DNA of 51,680 nucleotides from Paraglomus brasilianum. Taxonomy: Eukaryota. Location of the stretch: the NCBI GenBank assembly GCA_910592345.1, contig CAJVPI010000120.1, positions 1-51,680 of the forward strand, in the 5' to 3' direction. The translations under genes and the position numbers were made by a program. A model generated the notes under the pieces. It made no database searches and was not told the DNA's origin. It saw nothing but the letters and a program-made list of their open reading frames with translations. The stretch's first letter is position 1, and every line of letters begins with the position of its first letter. Shown in pieces: positions 28,701 through 40,474 of this stretch.

Positions 28701-29679
28701 ATTTTTGTCCCAGTTACTCAAAGTAGAATTTGTCTATCGACCGGGAGAGATCGAAAACAACTTGTATGATACTCTGGAAGGGCTTGTGGTTAGTGCAGTG
28801 AAAGAAAAAAATATATATTGTTTTCATGCCAATGACTAAAGTCTGTTCAATCGTATAGAAAGATAATGTTTTCGTGTTCGAAGATGGTACCGTAGAATTA
28901 TCGGATGCAGAGAGGGCTATTGGTAGAGAAAACTATGGTTAGTATATCACAGTGTTGGGACACGACGTATGATACGATGCTCTAATAACGTTAACTGTTT
29001 ACTTCCAAGACTTTTACTGTTTCCTAATATGGCCATTCATCGAGACCTACTGGCTAGCTGGTAAGGACATATATATACCCAATACGATTGATGATTTCAG
29101 TAACAATCAGATTATGATCTAAAACTGTTAATACAAATATTTGTTCCAGCTGTGAGTCTCTTCTCAATGGCACCGCCCATGTCTGCCTCACTCCAACAAA
29201 AGACTACGATATCCAAGAAGAATCCAGCTCCTATCACCTGGTTCGATGAACGTGACTTTCATAACAAGTGTCAGCTATTTGGCAAAACCCTTTATTACCA
29301 AGGCGATCTTTCGTACTTTGAGGCAGTAAACAAAGAAACGCTCAAAAACGCGTTTATCCGATTAGAGGAGTTGAACATCATACTGGTGAAACGTAGTCGG
29401 AATACCAAAATACTGCCGACCATTGCATTGAGTCCGGAGTACGTTCCGACACGGAATGCTCAGGGAGCAATAGAACCAAAGGGAAAATTATGGGATTTAG
29501 TCGAGCAAATTGGCAAGTTCAGACGGGAGGGCAAGAATAGGAGAGATAATGCAACTGTGAGTTTTCGAGTCTTACGATTGGCGGAAATTGTTGGACAGCC
29601 GTCTACTGCAGATGTGGGAGTTATGAATAATTTAATGGGTCGATCAGTCAAGACTGCACAGCCAGAGGCTAAATTGTGA
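25740..29679 (+). CDS. Glycerol-3-phosphate/dihydroxyacetone-phosphate O-acyltransferase (GPAT/DHAPAT family), C-terminal PTS1 -AKL
   Basis: Acyltransferase motifs LPCHKSHIDY (HxxxxD), IVAGDNLN, GAFFIRRSW, FIEGTRSRTGK, LVPMSIQYDKVIE. Many short exons. Ends PEAKL*. Confidence 0.92.
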
Positions 29680-30200
29680 ACAAAGAGGAATTAAGAATGG
29701 TATCAATTAGTAGTTGGAGAGTGACAAGTTTAGTTTAGTAGTAGTGGTGATAGTGGTGATTACAAAAAAAAAAACTATTTATTTATACCTTACGCGAGGT
29801 TCTACTACTATATAGAATGAATTTTCCGTTGCCTAATGTACTCATTATTAATAGATAAAAGTAGTTTTTTTAACATGTTTCACAAGTCTAACAAAACCAT
29901 TCTGGATGTAGTGTTTGAACTATTTGTGTCTAGAAATCTAAAAATCTATATAGTCTACTTATAAATAAACGAAGGTACAGAAATAATGCAAGATCAAAGT
30001 TCCATTCTGTTATCTGCTTAAAAGGGAGAAGATACGCTGGCTCCTCGTATCGTGAAGGAGGTGCTAGTAGACTACTGTTAGCAAGAAAGGGTTATAAGTT
30101 GACAATTGCAGATTTCTAAACCTAATTCGATCATGGTATTTTTTTTTATTCAAAAGCAGATGCTTGGATTTCAACCAGTTTAAGGCCAATCGTAGCGATC

Positions 30201-30746
30201 TTATGGAATGGGCAATTTCAGAACATTATCTATTTCAACAAACCAAAGGTCACCTCATTAGCAGCCATACGCATAGAATATATCACATACTCTAATGCAC
30301 AATCTCTTCATCTTCACTATTGGTTTACCTCTATTATGAACGGCATATATAAATGTAGCTATTACTTCATTTTCAATGGGCTTCACGGCAGCATAATGTT
30401 TACTCACTGCCTGAACGAGTTGCTCTTTCGTAGCTGGTTCAGTTACCTTTAGACGGTGTATTCTTTTATATCGACGCAATACTGAGATATCAAGAGTATT
30501 AAAGTCGAGCTGCGGAGCGAAAGCCAAATAATTGGTAAATAGCATATCAACAGTCCTTTATACTACACATTTCGACCCTAATCCCTTACATACCGACAAC
30601 ATACTCACCGGTGCTATCTCTCTTGTAACGTCTTTTCCCTTTCCGAACCTTTTCATAGAGCTCGATGCGCCAGCACTCGAGCTTGAGGATAATTCTCTGT
30701 TGTGGCTTCCACTGCCGTCATTGTTGTATGACCTTGAAAACGACAT
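30201..30746 (-). CDS. Small SAP30 Sin3-binding-domain protein (Rpd3/Sin3 HDAC subunit), 3 exons
   Basis: Exons ~30746-30608, 30509-30329, 30229-30201. Sequence LDFNTLDISVLRRYKRIHRL...KEQLVQAVSKHY...ENEVIATFIYAVHNR-DNVLKLPIP*. Confidence 0.85.
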
Positions 30747-31149
30747 GCTACTTTGTTGTTTTTGAGATCAGTTTGAAAGAAAGAATTGTTTTAAAGTTCA
30801 CGGACCTGATGGATTTCAGGGTTGAAAAAATTGCCAAACACACATCAGTGTCGCGCAGTCACTCGTTTTATTTTTATTTGTTCAATAATCCTAATAAGAT
30901 AACGCGGACTTTCAAGCGTAGATTAGACCCGTGCGAGTAGATTATTATTTAGCTTATGCGTTTTATAGGTCCCCATTTTCTTAATAAGCTTTATAATATT
31001 CTTTAATGTTAGTAGCATTCAACTCTCGAAAAGGAAATTATGTAGATCCGCAGTTAGTATAAACAACAGGGCAAGCGCTTTACATCATGACAGGGCGTTT
31101 AGTAAATCATTGTTATGGAATGAAGATTACAACTTTGAACTCTAATTCA

Positions 31150-31504
31150 GTAGACTATTGAAGTGATCCCACAAGAAGATTCAATAACAAGATTACACAG
31201 CCAATGCGATATAGGAAACTGCTGTAGGTGCGCAATGAAGATTCTTGCAAGAAATAATTATACATACTATTCTCAATCCAAATATGCTACTTATAACTTG
31301 TTATGCAGGGCTATAATATTCAATAAACAACGTTGTAGAGAGGTTGTTGAAAGAAGGGGTGAACGAATATCATATTAATTCATAGTAATAAAATCTGCTG
31401 CTTTCAAACTTTAAAATGACATATTAATATTATACATATCTATTAGTTTGCTCGTTGTAAAGCCAGGGCAGTTTAAACAATTGTCATTTTTTTGCCCACC
31501 ACTG
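31150..31504 (+). mobile_element. 3' remnant of a Tc1-like element
   Basis: QRCREVVERRGERISY* parallels IESNGERIPY* of the 18.1-kb copy. Right TIR ...TTTTTTTGCCCACCACTG|TA resembles the reverse complement of the 18103 end. Confidence 0.65.
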
Positions 31505-31949
31505 TATAGGCGGAAGACAACTTGAATAAATTGTTGTTACTTCATCCACTTGTGCAGAGCATTTCAACCATATTTATATAATAACATACAAACCATGACT
31601 TTGTAATGACAGATAAGTCGATTGTGACGTGAATATTACCCAGTCATCTTCGTTATCTAAATCATCAAACTTGCTACAATGTTGACAATGCTCTATTTTC
31701 TAGACCTTCAATATTATGTTAAACGAAGACCACAAAACTTTATGACATTTGATCTCGTGTATTTTAATAAAGTAACAACCCATTACGATTGAAAGTCTAA
31801 CATAATCGGACAATGATAAAAACAATTTCAAGAACGACAAATATCGACATGCAATCTGACCGTTGTGCGAAGACACAAGTTTGTATAATATAATTATTAT
31901 TTTAAGGTGGCAATTTGTCATCACGTATTACTATACATCTGCTGGTTGG

Positions 31950-32497
31950 GTGTTTCAATTTCGTTCCAAGGTCTTTTTGTCTTTACTCTGCATTCACTTT
32001 CTAATGTCTTGAAATCATGCCAACATGATAATTCTTACCCATTATGCTTGGAAATAATAAAACACAAAGAGTACTCACTTCCACTAGATTCTCAGTTGCT
32101 GTCTTCAAAATTGCAAGCTTTGCAATATCGACATTTCTAGTGATTTCCCGATTATCGTGTCTCTAAAAAAAAGGGTAATTGCGAAACAAAATAAATAAGA
32201 GTTATAATTACATAAAATTTCCCACTTTCAGTCAATTTCACTAAAAAAAATCAAGAACTTTTTTTCTTCTTCAGCGTTCTTGGATAATCTAATACTAACA
32301 GCTTTTGACTTCGCACAAGCATATGACAGAGGAACTGCTAATCTTCTCAAAGGCTCGTTTAAATGCATCAAGGATATTATTTTGCTATCGGACGAGAATA
32401 GTACACAGCCTTCCATATAGCGAAGACAGTTTATAAGGGACCAGTCTCGAAGAATTGTGTCGTTAAGAAAGTCACCAACAATTTTTTCAAAATCCAA
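31950..32497 (-). pseudogene. Frameshifted fragment of a lineage-specific hypothetical gene
   Basis: FEKIVGDFLNDTILRDWSLINCLRYME... followed by a frameshift and intron-like breaks. No known domain recognised. Confidence 0.35.
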
Positions 32498-32891
32498 TCT
32501 ATCGTTGTTTAAGAGAAAGTAATGAGCGGTTGCTCGTATGAACGAAGATAAAAACTACTATATTCAATAATAATAGTAGCGCTCTCAACAAGCTAGTATA
32601 CTGGCTCCAGGCGTAGGCACTAAGAGCCGCATTGAGCGAGTCATAGTGATTATCCCGCTATCCTCAGATCCAAACATCAAAACGTAGGGAAACCCCATAC
32701 GAGCGTAGGATACCGTAGCACGCTATCTTCTCTATCAAGGCCATGCGAAAAATCACTTAGCTGAGTGCTCCGTGAAGCTGCGATTACGCGTCACTCCATA
32801 ATGAGCGCGTATTGTAAAATGATCGGCGGAAAAAAACTACCATCGTATTTCGCTATCAGATAATGAATGCTTAATAACTGTGGTAGATTAA

Positions 32892-33063
32892 AACGAAATC
32901 GGATTAAAACAAAATTTGGGTCTTCTTGGATTCTCTTTTAATGCCTCTGAAACCCACATATTAGTATACTCTTCTATTAACAAAATTACCCTAAAAAAAG
33001 CGCCCCCAAAAAATTTTAAATTTTCATATTAAATAGAGAAATTCATTTTAATCCGATTTCGTT
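32892..33063. mobile_element. ~170-bp MITE-like element
   Basis: 18-bp inverted repeat AACGAAATCGGATTAAAA (32892-32909) / TTTTAATCCGATTTCGTT (33046-33063). Confidence 0.6.
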
Positions 33064-33185
33064 AAAGCGCCTTTGAAAACTGAGAAATGGCTTGACTTGG
33101 CATTAAGTACTGGAAAGTTTTTCGCTGATACATGCGAATCTTTACGTAGAAGAGATATCAAAAGTACCAACTGAGCTTTTAACGA

Positions 33186-33597
33186 TTGACTAAGTTTTCA
33201 AAAAGAGATTCCAACCTTTTTTCTTGGGATGTATCAGGCAAATTATTAGAGACCACGTCATCTTTGTTCTCATTTTTTTCTTGTCACAAGAGGAACCTTC
33301 TTTTTTCGACCATTCTTTTTTGGAATCTTTATAGTCGGAGTGGACGTAGATGGTACCTCTGGTATCGATTCAAGATTCTGTTCTGACTTATCAGTCTGGG
33401 GATTTTCATCCAAAACAGACTGAGGTGAAATGACCTTGTTGGAGGCGTTCTTTATTATCCCATATTTCATAAACACGCTTAGGTCCGATATGAAGTTTAT
33501 TAGCCATTTTTTCTCTGATTTTCTTGATATCGGCTTCTGTTAACAGGGTTGCCTTAGCATCATAAAATGTATCATGGAGACGGGCTACCATCTTCAC
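33186..33597 (-). pseudogene. Frameshifted small HTH-like ORF, probably part of a repeat family
   Basis: MVARLHDTFYDAKATLLTEADIKKIREKMANKLHIGPKRVYEIW resembles a helix-turn-helix. It continues in another frame as a K/S/P-rich segment. Confidence 0.35.
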
Positions 33598-33620
33598 TAG
33601 ATTTTTATACTAGAAAAAAT

Positions 33621-33760
33621 ATATTAATGCTCTTCAATAAATATCAATGTGTATTAATGCGTACGTATCAATACTCTTCAATATGCATTAATATTTTTTC
33701 AGTGTGTATTGATACTCTTAAATGTGTGTCAATGCCCACCAAGGCATATCAATATGGTAA
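33621..33760. repeat. Degenerate ~20-bp tandem array (~7 units)
   Basis: Units such as ATATTAATGCTCTTCAATAA, GTATCAATACTCTTCAATAT, GTATTGATACTCTTAAATGT. Confidence 0.6.
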
Positions 33761-35649
33761 TATCCATGGAAAAAAAATTTTTTGCTTTCAATGCCAGAAA
33801 AAATTTTTGTAATTTTAGCGGTGTCTAGCTAAAAAAAATTTTCTGCCTAAAGTAAAAAAAAAAAATAAAAAATAAAAATACCCAGATCCATACCTTAAGG
33901 ATCTGGATAATGGTAATAAACTTGGAGATACTCCAGCTAATTATTATCCCCCTAGCTGAACAGAGCTTGAAGAGCAACTTGCGCAAAAAAAGATCGTGAA
34001 GTTGCTATATATTAATATTGGGGAAATCAGTTTGCAGATAAATATTAATATAATGTCTTAGATAGAGAAAATAAGCATATGCAGGATTCCTAAATCAATC
34101 AAAAAAAAAAAAAAAAAGAAATAAGCGCATACAAGATGACTTAATAAATCCAAAAAAGAAAATGAGAAACTTTCCAATCGGGTGCATCAACTTGGAGAAG
34201 AGATAACACGCTTACAATCAGAAATAAACGATCCTAAGCTTAGGGACGAGATAAGACAATTGCGTTCAGAGATAAATGACCTTAAGCTTCAGATTACTCG
34301 CAAGGATATTAAAATATTTTACAGAAGATAATCGAGTTAATTTTTTTTAGGCAAATATATTGCCTGATGGCACCAGACTTAAAAAAGCATCTCCTCTGAA
34401 TTTCACACCGTCAGACGAAAGTGAAGACAAGTGAAGACGATAAAGATGACAAAGATGACAATCTTTCTGCGTACTGCAAGTAGGACGAACATTTCTAAAC
34501 ATAGTATGACAAACAGTACTGCAGCACTGGTGCGTCACTAGTGAGTCACAACACAGAAATAACAACTAAACGTATACTGAAGAATAGTTAAATTAGCTGC
34601 TAAAAATAGATCAATTAGTCTGATCGAAAGATATATAAGCAGCTAGAATTTCAGCTAGAGTCGGTGTAGATTCCTTAGATTCCTTATAATTCATATCTTA
34701 TTGTTAATAAACGAGTATCGCATTTACTCTGAACCGATATTATTGACCCTATTCTCTAAATTAGTTGATATATCTGAGAAACCGTCAAATCCGTATATCA
34801 ACGAAGGATAATTGCCTCTATGTCCCAATTATCGAGTGGCGAATTAGGATATTTATTTAATCGTTAGTTTAGGAACGCGTTCATTCTTAGTGAAAAACCA
34901 TTGTACCCCAGACGGGAGAAATCCCCCGGTAATAACCGACGAACATACTCGAGCACGATTAACATATCTAAGATTAACGGTGAAAAAGCCCGTAAGTGAA
35001 AAGCCTTGAATTAACGAGGTCACCCGACATTTAACTAGAAGGAGGAGACGCCACGCTCCGTCGATACTAGCTAAATCCCAAGTGTCGATTACTATCTGCT
35101 CTCCCGCAGTAGTCGGCACGGCAATGACAAAGATGACAAGGAAGGTATCCTCCTCCAGAAAGAACTCTCACCTCTGCCTTGACAGCCCGAAAATTTGGAT
35201 ATCGCCTACTGGTCAGAATATTGGCGACATCTATGCAAAAAAGATATCCGAAAATGCAATTGCGGTCAAGAATAAGAAAAAAATTAACTGCTGTTGAAAA
35301 AGCTACATTATAATATGGTGCATCTAGGATAATTAATTTATCCGCACATATGAAAAAGTGGAAGATAGAAAGTTTATGATAAATAATCACGAGTCTGTAA
35401 TACGAGTTTCTGAACTGACCATGAAGAAAGCTCATTTATCACAATGGTGAGTGCATTGTTTTGAATTTAGCTCATACATATGCATATTGATTAATTAATC
35501 ATTCTTTTACAGGTGGTAAATGAAACAAAGCATACAAATTTTGTATTAAAAAAGATTCCGATAAGAGCAGTTACTTACGTGGGAGCTGACGTTGCATCAG
35601 TTTAACTAAAATGGGAATAATCACCAAATGCAGTGTAACAAACGAAAAA

Positions 35650-35913
35650 AAAAGTGTGATAAAAAATTTTTTTGTAAACTACAGAACGAGTGAAACTTTC
35701 CCCCATCTGCCATACAGTCCAGACTGTGTTCCTTGTGATTTTTTTCTTATTCCCTCGAATCGAAAAAGAACTGAAGGGAAAAAGATTTGTTAAGGACGAA
35801 AATTTGACAAGGGCTGCTCAGGCAGTTGCCGAAACCATCCCAAAAACCGACTATAAGAAGTCTTTCCAGAGTTGGTAGATGTTAACGGAGAGTACTTTGA
35901 GGGAATGAAATAG
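35650..35913 (+). mobile_element. Mariner transposase C-terminal remnant
   Basis: PHLPYSPDCVPCDFFL / FPRIEKELKGKRF...FQSW...VNGEYFEGMK* matches the mariner YSPDLAPxDF motif and terminus. Frameshifted. Confidence 0.85.
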
Positions 35914-36442
35914 TTGTATCGATAATTATTATGAAATTTCTGGAAATAAAGGTACACGCGCAAAACTTTTCAGCACACAAAATCAGTAAAATATATTCCG
36001 AATTGTCAGTGACTTATTTTAGCGATTCTTTACTTGTATCTATAGAAGCGATGGCATCTGCATTGTATCATTGTGCAAGCAGTACGCTGAGGTCAAGAGC
36101 GACGACGATGGTCGAGAAATATATAGCAGCAGCGCGTGCACATGCTGTGCAGCAATTTATAGAAAGATTCGGGAGCTATGATGACCAACTTCGGGATATG
36201 AGCTTTGATCCTGAAAAGCCAATAAAGTGGAAGTCATTGATAAAAAAGGAAAGCACGGTTTTCGGAGGTCTCGCGGGTGCTGACCCTCTGCGGCATCAAC
36301 TTACCAGCGGACTTGTTGTCGATAGCGCGCTGGTACGAGTTACAGGGGGCTGCTAAAGATGCCGTGACATACATGGATGACTCGGCTAAGGGGGCAGATA
36401 GTCTAGAAGCAACCGATATCACAAGCACCAGTCGACGACCAG

Positions 36443-36443
36443 T

Positions 36444-36482
<39 letters not shown>

Positions 36483-36485
36483 TTT
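36443..36485. repeat. (TTTA)n microsatellite, ~10.7 units
   Basis: Perfect TTTA run. Confidence 0.95.
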
Positions 36486-36699
36486 GCAAAACCATTGATC
36501 CTTAGAACTTGTTCTGTCTCTTCCAATCTACCCTCCTTATCAATGTCTTCGATGATACGTAGCCATTATTCTTACACCAGCCTATTTGAACAATTAAGTG
36601 TCGGTGGATAGTGGAGAAGGAGAAAAGAGCATAAGATTAGGGAGAGAATGATACGTATTAAGAATAATTATCGAGTATTGATTCATCTTCAATGGTTTT

Positions 36700-37287
36700 G
36701 CATAATATTATTATTATTATAAAAATTATAATTTATCTGTATTAGTATTAGTAAAATAATTACCAACAAAATTCCGCGCTTCTGGGGGAATCGTCTCCTT
36801 ATTTGAGTTAGCCACCTGTTGGCACCAACCCAGTAATTCTTGACCTCGTCGGAAGTCTTATCAGCCTACATGAGAAATTTCTTTATGAATATTCAAAGCG
36901 TCTTACATAGTTAAAAGCCATAAATATATTGTTTATAGTATAGCATGTATAACCATAATAATAAATGCCAATCACATTACTAATTATCTCAAACGCCTTA
37001 AGAAGTTTGTCTTGCAATTGGATGTCATAAACATGAGCAACAATATTGTCCTTATATATCCTGTATTCTTCTTGCCAATAACGCTTCTGGAGATCCCGCT
37101 TCTTTCGTTTAAGGAACTTTATTAACGTCCACGTATGAGGTGGTTGTCTAAAGTATGCTCCATCGTCAGCAGTAGAAGATGTACTCATGTCGTCGTATTG
37201 TCGTCTCTTTTTGGGAGTTACGAATAGATTACTAGACCTCCTTTTGCTTGAACCCTTTTTTGGTGGTGGTGGTGGTGGTGTTAGCAT
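36700..37287 (-). pseudogene. Lineage-specific hypothetical gene, probably disabled
   Basis: ORF MLTPPPPPPKK...PPHTWTLIKFLK...FEIISN, then a probable intron, then KFLM*ADKTSDEVKNYW with an in-frame TAG. Confidence 0.4.
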
Positions 37288-39399
37288 TGAGGGGAGATAT
37301 TATGTGTTTACGATTTGGATTTTCAAATGAGCAAAATATTGCAATGGTTAAAGAGTTTGGGGGATAATGTCTTTAGATATGTTTATGGTTGTCGGTATTG
37401 AATGGCGGAACCGAAAACACGCATAAAACATGCAATCTTATATGGAGCCTACGCGCATGAAACATGCAAACACAGACTATATGATGGATCGCGGTCACAA
37501 ATCGCTAATTGGTCACATTTGCTGCACACGTATCCTAATAGTCGAATTTTTTTGATACGTTCCGTTGTCTTTGTAAATCTATTAGAGGGTTAAACAAAAT
37601 TGATAGTAATTCTATTATTTTACATTAATTCCGATTATAACATCGCAAAATCCATTCTAAATTTTCTATTGATTAAAATTATTACGATAATAAAACAACC
37701 ATCCCCACAGAAATCAAAATGCCTTCGCGTTTTGAAATCACGTGCGCGTGACAATTATCACCTGTCAAATAAATTTTGCCTCTGGTATGAGCGCTATTAC
37801 TGTATATGCAAAATCGGCGTATAATCATTCATTTATATGCACATACACGCACACTGGTTAAAAATCAGTACTGTAGTTGTTAAAGTATGGTTGCATTTTT
37901 TCGACCCGGGATACGTCCATTCGGTTGACTCGAAGTATTGTTGGGCTGTAAAATGATAATAATAAGACCACGTCAAGTCAAAACGAAAAATTAAGTGATT
38001 GACATACCAGCATGCTTGTATGATGAATCTAATGACATTGAAATACAAGACGCTTTGAAAAACGCGTTGAGTTATACGTGATGAAACTATGTTGTTATAA
38101 TGCATAGGCCACGAGACAATTTATATGGTGTGCATATATAACAATCAGAGAGTCGTACGATTAACCATCAAGCAGGGCACATGTTATTGACAGGGGTTTA
38201 GACCCATATCTTAGAGGAGACCTACAGGTAAAGACCAACTTAGTGATACAATATAGAAATTCAAAAGAAGATATCTAACATGCGCACCCGAGAAGAACAG
38301 ATTACAAGGATGTGCCAAAATTGTTAGACGCTTCTTAATACGATAGTTCTAGGACACGGTAGCTGCTTTGGAACAATTGTCATCGCGGCGAATATCGTAC
38401 GATCAGGGGGCAAGGAAATGATTTATCAAGATATCAGGCAACATTTCCAAGAGAAGGCGATAAATTACAGCATTTAAATGACTCCTACTTCATTACTGGC
38501 GGGGACTGCTTATTCATCAGGTAAATGAGATCAGATAACAGCAGTTTCTTTAAAGCTAAAATTATCAATTGCCCGAGTAAACAGCTAAACTTCTTTCCAA
38601 CGTCTTTGCTATCCAATTTATTGTTTGACTCTACAGCCTGATGTGCCATAAGCACAGCACAGGACTACAAGCCATAAGAGCTATACGAGGGTTTTGCAGC
38701 CAATGACTGACCTCAATCTACGATTTTAACTGGAAATAGACAAGTGAGAATATTATTCTCGAGTAATTTACTAATCGTAACTACTGTATAGTGATATTGG
38801 TTCTCTCAATCGATTAGATTTTAACTTTACCATATCCATTCTATCTGTATAATGAACTTTTCACTCTAATAATGGTTTAGAACTTGTCTTGTTTTTCCAA
38901 TTATATTGAACACCTTACTGTACCAAACTATAGTCATAAGTACTGTATGTATCACATACTATTGTTCTAATAGTAATAATATTTATTTAATTGACTGTCG
39001 TAATTACGCTTATGGCGAGATTTGCTGTTTGGATTTAGAGATAACAATTCTCACCTTGCGTATCTCTGATCAGATTGAATTGTAAATTGGTAGTTGTAAC
39101 GAACGCGTGGTGGCTATTCTGCATCATCGCATAAACGCCTTTGGATAGTTCTTATGCAAGAAATTAACGAGCTAAGTGTCATGAATTGCTCATGACATCA
39201 TAGTCTTGAAATTCCGTCTGCAGCTTTTGTCATACATTATAATTAGTCATTAACCATTATCTGCACAACCCGTTACCAATAAAAGTTGCAGCTGGTCAAG
39301 CTTGTAGATAGCTCCTCTTTCAGGGCTTGATGGCTTAGATGCTATTTATCTCATAAAAGATAAAATGCAAAGCACTCAAAAAATTTAATTTCAACAATG

Positions 39400-39965
39400 T
39401 CAACTTGTCCAAGGAGCAAGCAGAGGAATAGGACAAGCATTAGGTCGCACTCCTCTTACGCACGCCCTACGATGTAATAGCAACATTTCGCGACCCTGAA
39501 ACTAGTCAAAGTCAAATTACGTCCACACTCGATTCGTCACTCCTTCGCCGTCTATTCGTTTATAAACTGGACGTGACTAGAGAAAGCACTATCGTCAATT
39601 GTTCTGAACAAGTGAAAAAGAACCACGGAGAAAAGCCATTAAGATTGTTGATAAATTCTGCTGGAATATTACATGTGGAAGAATCGCTGGATCAAATCAA
39701 CGTTTCAAACTAATGCTACTGGTAGTTTGGAGGCACACCGCGAGGAGTTGGAGATTCAATGGATTTATTGCCGAATTCGCAATTGTTGCCAATTGACACG
39801 ATCACATCGCAATATCTGTTGCACTCTATCCTGGCATAGTTGATACTGATCTATCGAGACAATATCTCAAGAAGAAACACGCGATAATGTATTTATACCA
39901 GATCAAAGTGCAGGAAGTAAACATTTGAAGCTAGATATCTACTCACATGGGATGGAAAGAAGACA
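39400..39965 (+). pseudogene. Short-chain dehydrogenase/reductase (C-factor/CsgA-like) pseudogene
   Basis: Fragments LVQGASRGIGQAL (Rossmann GxxxGxG), VIATFRDP, KLDVTRESTI, LRLLINSAGILH, FQTNATG, VALYPGIVDTDLSR, WDGK. Frameshifts and deletions; no YxxxK catalytic segment visible. Confidence 0.85.
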
Positions 39966-40474
39966 ACTTTTTAATGAAAATATAAAGAGACATTAATTAT
40001 CATAACCTCTAAAACTATTTCGAAGTTGCAAGAATGAGAAATTCTCCAAGACGGATTTATTAATCAACTCTGGATCTGGTTGTTTCGTATGCAATAGACT
40101 TGAAATCATATGATGGTGTTTGTCTAGTACGATCGGCTATTCGGCAGCACACTATTCATCACCTCGGCAAACTTTTCTAAAGAGCTTTCTTTGTTTAAAT
40201 TCTTTATTTAAACATGGTTACACTACCGCGTGTGTCTGGCAATATCGTTAATATGTTATCTAAATAGTAAAGAACGACAGATCATATTTTTCACATTTGC
40301 TGGCTGTACTTACGAAAAAGTCACTATTTTTAGCGAAAAACAAAAACGGAATATTGCTGCCCATTAAAAATTATTTTCATTCTCACGCATAACTATAATA
40401 ACTTTCTATCCCATCCGAAGAAGTAGATTTAGGAGATAAAGTCCAATTCACAGTCAAAATGACGTTACAAGTCT

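Noticed and set aside
34850..35297. Mollicutes-endobacterium gene using TGA=Trp
   Set aside because: A single TGA in one long frame is weak evidence, and I recognised no bacterial protein or ribosome-binding site.
38200..38760. Possible spliced gene remnant
   Set aside because: Splice-like signals are present, but all frames are interrupted and no family could be recognised.
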